Virus record (IMG/VR): IMGVR_UViG_3300028840_003271
Span: 64,001 to 128,000 of that record
Strand: one strand, 5' to 3'
Source of the DNA: a virus
Length of the DNA: 64,000 nucleotides
Positions within the stretch are counted from its first letter, which is position 1, and every line of letters starts with the position of its first letter. Made by a program: the position numbers and the translations under genes. Under the pieces are notes generated by a model. That model was not told where the DNA came from, did no database searches, and was given only the letters and a program-made list of their open reading frames with translations. Shown here one piece after another: positions 15,244 to 24,346 of the stretch.

Positions 15244-16188
15244 TCAAACGGACACCTTTTTGTTTCCGTTTCTTACTAATCTTAATCTATCGTTCATATT
15301 ATCTTTATCACTTCCAAGTTCCAAATGGTAAGGATTACAGCATAATTTATTATCACATTTATGACGAACAACCAATCCGTTAAAAGGTTTATTAGAGAAA
15401 AGAAAATACATTAAACGGTGAGCGGGCCATGTACGTCCTGTTAATTTAATTTGTCCATATCCATCTTTACACGTCTTTCTTGTCCACAATAAACATTCTT
15501 CTTTGTCTCTTATAATAATTGATGCTTTATCTCGACCTTTATATTTTAAGTTTTTCAATAATGGATCAAATTTAAACTCAACTCTTGTTTTATCAAAAAA
15601 AGATAAAAAATATTCAACTTGTCGATACGTTAAATTTAATATTTGATGTTTAATAGTAGTATTATATAACATGGTTGAATCAAGCCCATATAAATATCTT
15701 GCTTCTAATTTCATCGCTTCGTGTTCTGTATTCGTATATTTCAAAACACCATATCCAAAATTATCACGTCCTAACTTATTATAATCTTGTTGTAGGTTTC
15801 TATTTTCGTGTTTGTTTTGATTAAGAAATCTAACATGTGTTTGAAATCTATAACCCAAATTTGAAGTATATCCAATATAAAATTTATTATTAATCAAACA
15901 CTGAATAAAATACAACCCACACAAATTTTCCAAACTTGTATTATTGATAATTTGTTTCTCATTATAGTGTGCTACAGTACCAATTTTAATCAACTTGAAC
16001 TCTCGTGCTTTATTATAAATAGCATATTGTGATTTATTAAAATGTTTTTGTAACTCTTTATTTGACATTTTGTGATACAACTTTTTAAATTCTTGTTCGT
16101 CTTTTGCTGTCCAGTGTGAGCGATATTTTTTATTTGGTCCACAAGAACCTTTTGGTCTACCTACTTTCTTTTTTTTCAACATGTACAT
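15244..16188 (-). CDS. homing-endonuclease-like fusion: HTH + GIY-YIG + HNH
   Basis: WTAKDEQ HTH; GLYFIQ..FYIG..RF..H; GYG..AHR..VRHKCDNKLCCNPYHL..N; AGGAGG RBS. Confidence 0.85.
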   Translation of the reverse strand: MYMLKKKKVGRPKGSCGPNKKYRSHWTAKDEQEFKKLYHKMSNKELQKHFNKSQYAIYNKAREFKLIKIGTVAHYNEKQIINNTSLENLCGLYFIQCLINNKFYIGYTSNLGYRFQTHVRFLNQNKHENRNLQQDYNKLGRDNFGYGVLKYTNTEHEAMKLEARYLYGLDSTMLYNTTIKHQILNLTYRQVEYFLSFFDKTRVEFKFDPLLKNLKYKGRDKASIIIRDKEECLLWTRKTCKDGYGQIKLTGRTWPAHRLMYFLFSNKPFNGLVVRHKCDNKLCCNPYHLELGSDKDNMNDRLRLVRNGNKKVSV

Positions 16189-16399
16189 GTATATTATCCT
16201 CCTGTTTTTCTATACACCAAAAAATCCCCCTATGTCCATGTTTAATAATTCCCAACTTCCTCCTCTGTTTACGTAAAGCTTGCAAACTAATTTTTCGCCC
16301 ACTCAAATTCTCCAATTTCCGACATAACTCCTCATCTTTCATGGTGGGAGCTAACTTTTTAATAAGTGCGTGTTCTGCTGGCGTCCACACTATATTCAC
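16157..16399 (-). CDS. small HTH protein, RpoN-box-like; paralog of 19181..19384
   Basis: AAGGAG RBS, GTG start; TMKDEELCRKL...GRKISLQALRKQRRKLGI. Confidence 0.7.
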   Translation of the reverse strand: MNIVWTPAEHALIKKLAPTMKDEELCRKLENLSGRKISLQALRKQRRKLGIIKHGHRGIFWCIEKQEDNIHVHVEKKESR

Positions 16400-16483
16400 T
16401 TTTTTTCTCCTTAATTTGTTAATTTGTTAATTTGTTAATTTGTTTTTGTGTTTATGTGCTTATGTAGTAGTAATGTGACTAAT

Positions 16484-16492
16484 GGTGTATAA
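16484..16492 (+). promoter_or_regulatory. putative late promoter GGTGTATAA
   Basis: Motif recurs upstream of structural genes. Confidence 0.7.
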
Positions 16493-16577
16493 TTACATAA
16501 GAAAACTTACAAAGTACAAAAAGTACAAAAAGTACAAAAAGTACAAGGCACAAGGTACAAGGTACAAGGTCTTTATT

Positions 16578-17072
16578 ATGGCAAACGATATATTTTCATG
16601 TAAAGGAACGGGCAATACTACACTTAACCATGCCGTAATTGTAACAAATATTCCTGGAACTGGTTATGCTCGAAATGATGATTTTAGAACTCAAAACCCC
16701 ACTTTAACTAAAATTCAAGACAAATGGGACGCGAGATTTGATGACGTGGGCGTTATAACCTCTACATCTGGAACCACGGGTGATCTTACTGGAAGTGGTG
16801 GAACTTACAAGAATACGGGAGCAACGGCTCTTACAGAATACAACCTACCTTCTGCGTCCGAGGGTTTAAATTACTCTTTTCTTGTAACAAATTCCAATGG
16901 AATTCGTGTAAATGCGAATACAAGTGATCGAATTCTCGTTGGAGAGGTTACGGGCGTAATTGGTGGTTATGTCGAATCGTCTGGTGTTGGTTCAGTTTTG
17001 AAGCTTCTAGCCGTTGACAGTCAAGATTGGTATAGTCAAGAATTTGAGGGTGGGTGGTTTCTAAAACAATAA
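16578..17072 (+). CDS. putative virion protein: 55-aa module plus fibre-type beta-sandwich domain
   Basis: N-terminus paralogous to 17108..17293; C-terminus similar to those of 41200 and 41673 proteins. Confidence 0.7.
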   Translation: MANDIFSCKGTGNTTLNHAVIVTNIPGTGYARNDDFRTQNPTLTKIQDKWDARFDDVGVITSTSGTTGDLTGSGGTYKNTGATALTEYNLPSASEGLNYSFLVTNSNGIRVNANTSDRILVGEVTGVIGGYVESSGVGSVLKLLAVDSQDWYSQEFEGGWFLKQ

Positions 17073-17107
17073 GTTAGCAAGCTAACAAAAAGATAAAGAG
17101 AGAAAAA

Positions 17108-17293
17108 ATGACAAATGATATTCACGCGGCTAAAGGGGCGGGAAACACACAATTAAATCATGCCGTTGTTGTGACCAACACTCCAGGAACCGGCTACATG
17201 GCAGGTCGTGATGACATTACAAACAGTCCCACGCTCACAAAAATTCAAGATAAGTGGGACGCGAGATTTGATGATTACGACGCATACGACTAG
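17108..17293 (+). CDS. small putative virion protein (stand-alone module)
   Basis: LNHAV.VTN.PGTGY...PTLTKIQDKWDARFDD shared with upstream gene. Confidence 0.75.
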   Translation: MTNDIHAAKGAGNTQLNHAVVVTNTPGTGYMAGRDDITNSPTLTKIQDKWDARFDDYDAYD

Positions 17294-17326
17294 CGGCAAA
17301 AACTCAAATTAAAAACAAAAACAAAA

Positions 17327-17361
17327 GAAGGTCGGAATTTAATGTTTTTTTCCGACCCTTT
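17327..17361. terminator. probable bidirectional terminator between convergent genes
   Basis: GGTCGGAA/TTCCGACC stem flanked by A-rich and T-rich tracts. Confidence 0.7.
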
Positions 17362-17392
17362 CCATTTATTTTTTTATTTTTTATTTTTTTCT

Positions 17393-17632
17393 CTATAAAA
17401 TTACGTCGTCGTCTGGATCAGGTGTTACGGCTTCTTCAGCAATTTGGCGATTTCCAATATGTACCTGAACCACAACCCATTTTCGCACTCGTTCTTTAAA
17501 CCAAGCTGCTTCACCCATTGTGGGTTCGCCCGTTTCTTCGTCAAGTGGAACCGGATGAACTTTTAAAAATCCAGCCCGAAACGATGGAACTTTTGCTTCG
17601 GGAATCGTAAAAGTAATGTTAACATCGGCCAT
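17393..17632 (-). CDS. small protein downstream of fibre-like gene (possible chaperone)
   Basis: AAGGAG RBS; gene position. Confidence 0.65.
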   Translation of the reverse strand: MADVNITFTIPEAKVPSFRAGFLKVHPVPLDEETGEPTMGEAAWFKERVRKWVVVQVHIGNRQIAEEAVTPDPDDDVIL

Positions 17633-17689
17633 TTATTTTTTTCTCCTTAATTTTTATTTTTTTTTATTTTTATTGTTATTGTTATTTAA

Positions 17690-19048
17690 TTAGTGTGCTG
17701 AAATTCCTAAACAATAAATTGTAACTGCCTCGGAACTTTCTGTAACATTTGTAACCACAGCCATAAAAGTACCCGTTTCTCCTTCTCCAATTGCGTTACT
17801 TGGATCGTTTGGAGAGATGGTTACACCTGTTCCTCCGTCGAGGGTGAGATCTTGGTCGTCATCGGTATTATGAATATAAAATGTAAATCCGTCACCAACT
17901 TGACAATTTGGAATGGCGGCTACAATATTTGCTGCTGTGTCTGTATCGTCTTCTTTTGCTCCAGCCGTCATGCCTGAACGAATAATCATTTTTCCTAACA
18001 TTTCTGCTGCTGTGTGCGTTCCAGCTCCATCCGTTGTGTCGGTTGTGACTACATATTTTTCAGTTAATGCTCCATGAATAGTAACGTTTTGCCCAAAAAT
18101 GGCATTGCCCGAGCTGTCAATCTTAAACCAGTCTCCATCCGTGTTGTCGTCACTCGATACCATAAACGGGGCTGTTGCTCCACCCGAGGCAGAGACTTCC
18201 AGAATGGCGTCGGGGTCGTCATCTCCAATTCCAAGCTCACCAGCACCAGTGAAGTATGCTACTTGAGTATCGCCGACAGTAAAGACCATCTCATCATTGG
18301 CGTCTGTTTCCGTATGATCGTACAAAATGCCGCCTTCTAGCGAATCATTGTTGTCGCCAAAGATGAGATATGCGTTCTTGTTATTTGGACAAAGTATACT
18401 GATTGCAACATTGTCATTCTTCTCAACTGACAAGGCCGAATAGCTATGGCTGCTTACCGAAGCATCGGAAGCCATGAAATGTCCCAAGGTGTCAGGCGAA
18501 GTTGTACCAATGCCGACGTTGCCGTCATGATCTATTCTCAGTGCTTCAAAAACAGCACCACTATTAGCTACAGAAAATACTAATTCGGTACTATTATTGT
18601 CTGCTGCAAAAGTATCATCTGCTTCAGCCCAAATTGATGCACCAACAACAATAGCATCTGTTCCATCAGATTCTAATGGAGCTTGAAAATCAATTTGTCC
18701 CAATTTATCTCCATCGACAACAGTAAGTTCTTTTGTTGATAAAGTTATAGTACCAGCAGCAGCGGCAGCGGCACGCAATTCTAACATTGATCCTGGAGAC
18801 GGTGTTCCTAAACCAATTCTAGCAGTTGAAGCGTCATAAAAAAAGTCATTAGCAGAAGTATCTCCACTAAAACTTAAATCCACGTTTTCTTGTTTTTCAT
18901 TAAATGTCCAAGTTCGATTATTTAAAGAAAATGGTCCTATTGAATTTAAAGTTGCTCCAGATTGAGCAGAAATTATATCTACAATAGAAAAAGTTATTAT
19001 TGAGAAGAAAAATAAGGATAAAAACAAACCTATAATTTTAGGTGGCAT
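17690..19048 (-). CDS. tail-fibre-like protein with N-terminal signal peptide/TM
   Basis: RIGLGTPSP, GNVGIGTTSP, GELGIGDDDP repeats; hydrophobic N-terminus ending ISA-Q; late motif upstream. Confidence 0.75.
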   Translation of the reverse strand: MPPKIIGLFLSLFFFSIITFSIVDIISAQSGATLNSIGPFSLNNRTWTFNEKQENVDLSFSGDTSANDFFYDASTARIGLGTPSPGSMLELRAAAAAAGTITLSTKELTVVDGDKLGQIDFQAPLESDGTDAIVVGASIWAEADDTFAADNNSTELVFSVANSGAVFEALRIDHDGNVGIGTTSPDTLGHFMASDASVSSHSYSALSVEKNDNVAISILCPNNKNAYLIFGDNNDSLEGGILYDHTETDANDEMVFTVGDTQVAYFTGAGELGIGDDDPDAILEVSASGGATAPFMVSSDDNTDGDWFKIDSSGNAIFGQNVTIHGALTEKYVVTTDTTDGAGTHTAAEMLGKMIIRSGMTAGAKEDDTDTAANIVAAIPNCQVGDGFTFYIHNTDDDQDLTLDGGTGVTISPNDPSNAIGEGETGTFMAVVTNVTESSEAVTIYCLGISAH

Positions 19049-19078
19049 GATAAATCTCCGTTTTCGTAATTATATATA

Positions 19079-19087
19079 TTATACACC
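19079..19087 (-). promoter_or_regulatory. putative late promoter GGTGTATAA
   Basis: About 30 bp upstream of 19048 start. Confidence 0.7.
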
Positions 19088-19180
19088 AATTCACAAATTA
19101 CGAAAATAAAAAACTGCCGAGAAAAAAATTTCCCGACAGTTAACAGTTAACAGTTAAAATCAGCTTATTAATTTACTAGT

Positions 19181-19384
19181 TTACTGACTTACTACCGTAC
19201 AACCTCGCCCACGAGCCTTTTTAATACCTAATTCTCGACGAACAGCACGCACATCAGACACGGTAAATACTGACCCGTTTTTTTCACTTAATGTTTGAGA
19301 CAGCCTTTTATCTGTCATAGTCGAGGCGTTTTCCTGCACATAAGTCTTAACGTCCTCATTCCACACTTTCTTTACTCTTGCCAT
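19181..19384 (-). CDS. small HTH protein, RpoN-box-like
   Basis: GAGGA RBS before MARVKK; TMTDKRLSQTLSEKNGSVFTVSDVRAVRRELGI. Confidence 0.7.
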   Translation of the reverse strand: MARVKKVWNEDVKTYVQENASTMTDKRLSQTLSEKNGSVFTVSDVRAVRRELGIKKARGRGCTVVSQ

Positions 19385-19505
19385 TTTTTTGTCCTCTCTA
19401 AACTTTTTTTGAGCACTTGTGTTTTTTGAATGACAAACTACTTCGTTTATCATATTATATAATACAGTTCGAAACTTTTTTTTCACAAACAAAAAGGAAA
19501 TTTTC

Positions 19506-19694
19506 ATGACTTTTTTGAAATCAACGCTCGAAGTTAAGGCTGTGGGCGGACTTACGGAGCAAATCGGTGGTGAAATTAATTTACCAGATCCACCAAAAGA
19601 GGTTGCTCAGGCAATGTTAATGTCTATCGACGAAATAGACGAAGACGATGAAGAAGAAAACAAAAAAAATGCAAATTCCAAACGGAATGACTGA
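19506..19694 (+). CDS. small acidic hypothetical protein
   Basis: AAGGA RBS; leads the sigma-factor operon. Confidence 0.6.
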   Translation: MTFLKSTLEVKAVGGLTEQIGGEINLPDPPKEVAQAMLMSIDEIDEDDEEENKKNANSKRND

Positions 19695-20253
19695 AAATGA
19701 AGTTGTTGAAATTATTAATAAAATAGCTCGACGACTTTCTACAATTTTTCGATTTGGATATTATAGTGCGGACGATATATTTCAAGAGGCATGGATTATT
19801 GCTATCGAGGGTTTAAACCGATATTCTGTTCAAAAGGGTCCTCTTGAAAACTTTCTTTGGATACATGTTCGTAATCGTTTGTGTAATTTTAAAAGAAATA
19901 AATATGAAAGATTGGAAAAACCTTGTAAAAGATGCATATACGACTGTGAAGAATCACCGTTGTGTGAAATTTATAATAAATGGTTAAAAAGACGAGATAG
20001 TAAAAAAAATTTGGTAGATATGATCGACTTGAATTGCGTAGATGATAAATATGAAAAAAATATGAAAATTGTTAATGAATATGGAGATATTGATCATTTG
20101 TCTGAAATTATTGATAAATTTTTACCTCCACAATATCGTCGTGACTATTTACAGATGATTGGTGGTATATATGTGCCCAAAAAAAGACGAATTGAAATTC
20201 AGAATATAATTCGTGAAATTCTAGAAGAACATGGATATGATATTGATTTTTAA
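19648..20253 (+). CDS. phage RNA polymerase sigma factor (sigma70 region-2 type), probable late sigma
   Basis: DDIFQEAWIIAIEGLNRY...LENFLWIHVRNRL; start may be 19669. Confidence 0.8.
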   Translation: MKKKTKKMQIPNGMTENEVVEIINKIARRLSTIFRFGYYSADDIFQEAWIIAIEGLNRYSVQKGPLENFLWIHVRNRLCNFKRNKYERLEKPCKRCIYDCEESPLCEIYNKWLKRRDSKKNLVDMIDLNCVDDKYEKNMKIVNEYGDIDHLSEIIDKFLPPQYRRDYLQMIGGIYVPKKRRIEIQNIIREILEEHGYDIDF

Positions 20254-21143
20254 TGGTTAAAAAAATATCTCAAGAACAATTAGATCGAGAAAATAAGCGT
20301 GGTCGATGGTCTACTAAAGCCACCGAACTTATTATGAATTGTATGAATTTGGGTGAGGATGCTCATACAATTAAAGAAAAATTGGAAAATATGAAGCCAC
20401 CATGTAAAAGAAATTTAAACACTTTGGTAAAATATATGACAAAATTGAGAATGAAGGTTGGATTAAAACAAGCAACGGATAAAATTGAAGGATTAAGTTT
20501 GGGTTTACGAGCAAAAACTTTTTATCCACGACTTAAATCTCAATTTTCAGCAGACGAGTTAGAATATTTTGAAGAGTTGTGGGTGCGTTATATGGAACAG
20601 TTTCGAGAAGACGTATTACCTTCTGAAGAAATGCAATTAAAACAACTTTTGACTTTGGAAATTTTTATTACTCGGGCTGTTGAAGATAAAAGAAAGTTGA
20701 CTCGTAGAATAGAAAAATTACAAAAAATATTAGATGCGGAATATGAAAAAAAAGATCCAGATTTAAAAGTTATAGGTAATTTACAAACAGATATTGATAC
20801 AATTAGAGACAGTTTAGCAACACATAATAAAGATTATCTAAACTTAATTCAAGAACACCGAACACTAAATAAAGAACTTAAAGCAGATCGTAATCAACGA
20901 ATAAAAAGAATTGATGACTCAAAAAGTCATTGGGCTGGACTTTTGAGATTATTAGATGATGCTGAAATTCGTTCACGAGTTGGAGAACATATTGAGTTAC
21001 GACGGGTAGCTAAAGATAAAGCTAAAGAAAAATTGTCTGAATTACATATTTATGAAGACGAACGGGCTGATTACCCATTATTAAATGCAGATACAATATT
21101 ACAAGTACAAGGAGATGAAAATGACGAAGAGGATTCCAATTAG
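20253..21143 (+). CDS. coiled-coil protein, candidate terminase small subunit
   Basis: Helical coiled coil, upstream of TerL in same operon; function inferred from position. Confidence 0.45.
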   Translation: MVKKISQEQLDRENKRGRWSTKATELIMNCMNLGEDAHTIKEKLENMKPPCKRNLNTLVKYMTKLRMKVGLKQATDKIEGLSLGLRAKTFYPRLKSQFSADELEYFEELWVRYMEQFREDVLPSEEMQLKQLLTLEIFITRAVEDKRKLTRRIEKLQKILDAEYEKKDPDLKVIGNLQTDIDTIRDSLATHNKDYLNLIQEHRTLNKELKADRNQRIKRIDDSKSHWAGLLRLLDDAEIRSRVGEHIELRRVAKDKAKEKLSELHIYEDERADYPLLNADTILQVQGDENDEEDSN

Positions 21144-21363
21144 TTTAATGGAACCAAGTAGCTTGGTTAAACCAAGTCGAGATAGTGTAAAAAAAGTTAG
21201 ATTAAGTGAGAAAGAAAAGGCAAAACGAAAACAGGAAGAAGAAGAAAAGAAAATTGAGCGTGAAAAATTAAAAAAACCCAAGGATTATTTTGTAATAAAA
21301 GAAGGTGAAGTGGAATGTCAAGGAACCGTTTTTACCGGAGGAAAATATGTCAAGCATAAGTGA
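21085..21363 (+). CDS. hypothetical charged protein
   Basis: Overlaps neighbours; true start probably near 21115-21121. Confidence 0.5.
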   Translation: MQIQYYKYKEMKMTKRIPISLMEPSSLVKPSRDSVKKVRLSEKEKAKRKQEEEEKKIEREKLKKPKDYFVIKEGEVECQGTVFTGGKYVKHK

Positions 21364-22471
21364 GGAACCACTTATTATACACACTGAAGATTATAAAACT
21401 GAACTAAATCCTAAATGGAATTTAATACCAATATTACCAAAAGTAGCAATGGTTTGGGGTGTAACAGGACAAGACGGGTCATATTTGTCAGAATTTTTAC
21501 TTAAAAAAGGATATACCGTTATTGGTGTTAAAAGACGGACAAGTTATGATAATACCGAAAGATTAAAAGAGGTAAAAAACAACTCTAATTTTACTCTTGT
21601 TGAAGGCGATATTTGTGATTCGGGCAATGTTTTTTCTCTCATTAAAAAATATCAACCAACAGAATGTTATAATTTAGCTGCTCAATCTCATGTTCATACG
21701 TCGTTTGAACAACCATCCTACACATTTCAAGTAAATACTTTGGGTGAACTAAATATTTTAGAAGGAATACGACAATTTAGTCCACACACCAAACATTATT
21801 TTGCTGGAACATCAGAAGAATTTGGTAACAATTATAGTGTTGATCAGTTTGGAAAAAAATATCAAGATGAAGATTGTGAATTTGATCCAAGTTCTCCATA
21901 TGCTGTAAGTAAAGTTGCCGCTCATAATTTGGTTAATCTTTATCGAGATGCTTATAATTTACACGCTAATGTGGGAATATTATTTAATCACGGAAGTCCA
22001 CGACGAGGAGAAGAATTTGTAACACGAAAAATATCAAAATATGTTGCCCAACTAAATTGTTGGATGAAGAAATATGGGCAAAGTAAGTCTGTTATGAAGT
22101 GTTTGAAAGAAGTTGGACACCTACATTTAGGTAATTTAGACGCTTGTCGAGATTGGAGTCATGCTAAGGATATGGTTAGAGGTATGTGGTTAATGCTACA
22201 ACAAGAAAAACCACGAGATTATGTGTTGGCATCGGAACGCACACATTCTGTTCGACAATTTTTAGACGAAGCGTTTAATTATATTGATGTTAATTGGAAA
22301 CCTTTTGTAAAAATAGATGATAAATTTAAACGACCAAAAGATGTAGAATATTTATGTGGTCGAGCAACACGAGCAAAAGAAGAATTGGACTGGAAACCTC
22401 AAATTTGTTTTTCTTTTCTCGTTAAAAATATGGTTCAAGCAGATATTGATTTATTAGGAGATAAAAGATGA
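21347..22471 (+). CDS. gmd: GDP-mannose 4,6-dehydratase
   Basis: GVTGQDGSYL, YNLAAQSHV, SPYAVSK, FNHGSPRRGEEFVTRKI, LGNLDACRDW. Confidence 0.95.
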   Translation: MSSISEEPLIIHTEDYKTELNPKWNLIPILPKVAMVWGVTGQDGSYLSEFLLKKGYTVIGVKRRTSYDNTERLKEVKNNSNFTLVEGDICDSGNVFSLIKKYQPTECYNLAAQSHVHTSFEQPSYTFQVNTLGELNILEGIRQFSPHTKHYFAGTSEEFGNNYSVDQFGKKYQDEDCEFDPSSPYAVSKVAAHNLVNLYRDAYNLHANVGILFNHGSPRRGEEFVTRKISKYVAQLNCWMKKYGQSKSVMKCLKEVGHLHLGNLDACRDWSHAKDMVRGMWLMLQQEKPRDYVLASERTHSVRQFLDEAFNYIDVNWKPFVKIDDKFKRPKDVEYLCGRATRAKEELDWKPQICFSFLVKNMVQADIDLLGDKR

Positions 22472-22670
22472 CAATTACGAAAAGCCAAACTAATAAAGAC
22501 GATATTTTATGGTATATATTTAAAGTAATTTCTCGTTATGGAGTATGTGTAACTGAAGAACAACCAATAAAATGTTTATCTTTTTTGTAATACAGAAGAT
22601 GGTGGGGTTCTCAAATTAAAATATAATAATGGGTTTTATATAGTAGGTTCTGATGGTGTGAAGGAAGTTA

Positions 22671-22895
22671 ATGATGATACAAAATAATAAATCATATAAT
22701 AATGGGACCGTTTTATTCAAAATTTTGAAAGTTTTAATAGAACATTCGTGTGAGTTTTTAGATTTTAATTATTGGATAACAAATGATAGTAATATAGTTA
22801 TTAAGTTTAAAGACAAACATAATAACCAAACCTATGAAATAAATTCTAGGAATATTAAGAATTTAAGTACGGAGAAGAAAAGTGTCAATCAATAA
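22671..22895 (+). CDS. hypothetical protein
   Basis: ORF in operon. Confidence 0.4.
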   Translation: MMIQNNKSYNNGTVLFKILKVLIEHSCEFLDFNYWITNDSNIVIKFKDKHNNQTYEINSRNIKNLSTEKKSVNQ

Positions 22896-23247
22896 ATCAT
22901 ATGGTAAAGAATTAATTTTAGATTTAGCAGATTGTAATACTGAATTGTTTAATGAAGACAAACTTACAGAATATGTTGAGAAGGTGACGGATTTGGTAGA
23001 AATGAAAAGGGTTGGCAATCCGTTTTTTTGGGCCGATTGGCTAACTAAAGAAAAACATTTACATGGAATTTCGTGTTTTCAATTTATTGAAACGAGTAAT
23101 ATTGTAATTCATGCTTTAGATTTATTAGGCAAGGTTTGTGTAAATTTATTTGCTTGTAAAGATTTTGATAGTCAAGATGCTATAGATTTTACTAGAGATT
23201 TTTTTGGAGGTAAAATTATTAATGTGGCTGTACTCGTTAGGGGTTAA
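22882..23247 (+). CDS. speD: S-adenosylmethionine decarboxylase proenzyme-like (SpeD/SpeH family)
   Basis: YGKELILDL..C, GISCFQFIETSNIVIH, VNLFACKDFD; GTG start. Confidence 0.85.
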   Translation: MSINKSYGKELILDLADCNTELFNEDKLTEYVEKVTDLVEMKRVGNPFFWADWLTKEKHLHGISCFQFIETSNIVIHALDLLGKVCVNLFACKDFDSQDAIDFTRDFFGGKIINVAVLVRG

Positions 23248-23540
23248 TGAGTAAACATAACGGTAACGGTAGTCGAAATTATCGTTCTTTAGCATATCGA
23301 AAGTGGCGAAAAGCTGTTCGGAATAGGGATGGTGGTCGATGTCAGTGGCCAGGATGTAAACATAAAGGTAGAGTGTATGCTCATCATATTCGTAAATGGG
23401 AAGATTATCCGTCATTAAGATATGATGTGGATAATGGAATTTGTTTATGTTATCGTCATCATAAGCAAGTTACTGGACGAGAGGAGGAATATGTGAAATT
23501 TTTTAAGATGATTCTTAGGAGAAATGAAAATGCAGATTGA
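23247..23540 (+). CDS. small HNH endonuclease
   Basis: WRKAVRNRD..RCQWPGC...HHI...NGICLCYRHH. Confidence 0.9.
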   Translation: MSKHNGNGSRNYRSLAYRKWRKAVRNRDGGRCQWPGCKHKGRVYAHHIRKWEDYPSLRYDVDNGICLCYRHHKQVTGREEEYVKFFKMILRRNENAD

Positions 23541-23880
23541 AGATCAAAAATATATTTATTGTTGGAAGTGTGGAAACAAAATACCTGAACCCGGTCGTTT
23601 AGATTGGTCTAATAAAGCTTGTAATGAATGTAGTCAAGAAGTCTATAAAATTTTTAATAAATATGGTCCATGGGAGTATATACCGGTTACTGGTTGTGTA
23701 ACACAGGTTGGTTTAACAGATAGACCAAATTGGTCAAACTATGAAGAAATGAAAGATATTATTACATTAAAAGCTTTTGGGTTTGATGAGCAATACGATT
23801 CTTATCTTTTGAAAAAAAAGAAGTATTCTCATATTAATGTAATTTTTTGTGGTCCTATAATTCACTATAATAAGGAATAA
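23524..23880 (+). CDS. Zn-ribbon hypothetical protein
   Basis: CWKC...CNEC. Confidence 0.55.
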   Translation: MKMQIEDQKYIYCWKCGNKIPEPGRLDWSNKACNECSQEVYKIFNKYGPWEYIPVTGCVTQVGLTDRPNWSNYEEMKDIITLKAFGFDEQYDSYLLKKKKYSHINVIFCGPIIHYNKE

Positions 23881-23882
23881 AA

Positions 23883-24260
23883 ATGTATCCAGAAATAGGA
23901 AGCGAAATAACGATTAAATGGGATGGGTTGAGTTATGTGGATGACAAGGGTTTTGCGTTTTTAAAATTTATACCTGTTGATGATATCAATAAGAAATTTC
24001 CAGATTTTTGGAAACATTTACCTACTGGTAGTGTTGATAATGTTACTCAACCTACTTATTATAGTAAGTTTAATGGTTTTGGTGATGGATGTGTGAATAG
24101 AAAATATTGTCCAAATTGTGATATTTGGTATGTTTGCGACAGTTCTGGTACAAAAAATCGAGATAATATTGTTTATATTGATGGGCCGTGTTGTTGTGGA
24201 ATGTGGAGATGTGATAGGTGTGGAGGTAATTTAAAATTAACAAATGAAAATATTAATTGA
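23883..24260 (+). CDS. Cys-rich hypothetical protein
   Basis: CPNC...CDRCGG; AAGGA RBS. Confidence 0.55.
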   Translation: MYPEIGSEITIKWDGLSYVDDKGFAFLKFIPVDDINKKFPDFWKHLPTGSVDNVTQPTYYSKFNGFGDGCVNRKYCPNCDIWYVCDSSGTKNRDNIVYIDGPCCCGMWRCDRCGGNLKLTNENIN

Positions 24261-24327
24261 TACAAGAGAAAAAATTCCATGGAAATTTGAGTCAACTTCT
24301 GCTTCATATGAAAAAATTTTATGAGAA
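24244..24327 (+). pseudogene. internally deleted ghost copy of ERCC4 gene
   Basis: 24244-24306 nearly identical to 25161-25223; 24307-24327 identical to 25574-25594. Confidence 0.85.
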
Positions 24328-24346
24328 TTTTAGTAAGAAATAAAAA

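Noticed and set aside
16482-16577. KYKKYKKYK N-terminal extension of ORF 16482
   Set aside because: It is the translation of a simple repeat, the ATG overlaps the late promoter motif, and paralog alignment supports a start at 16578.
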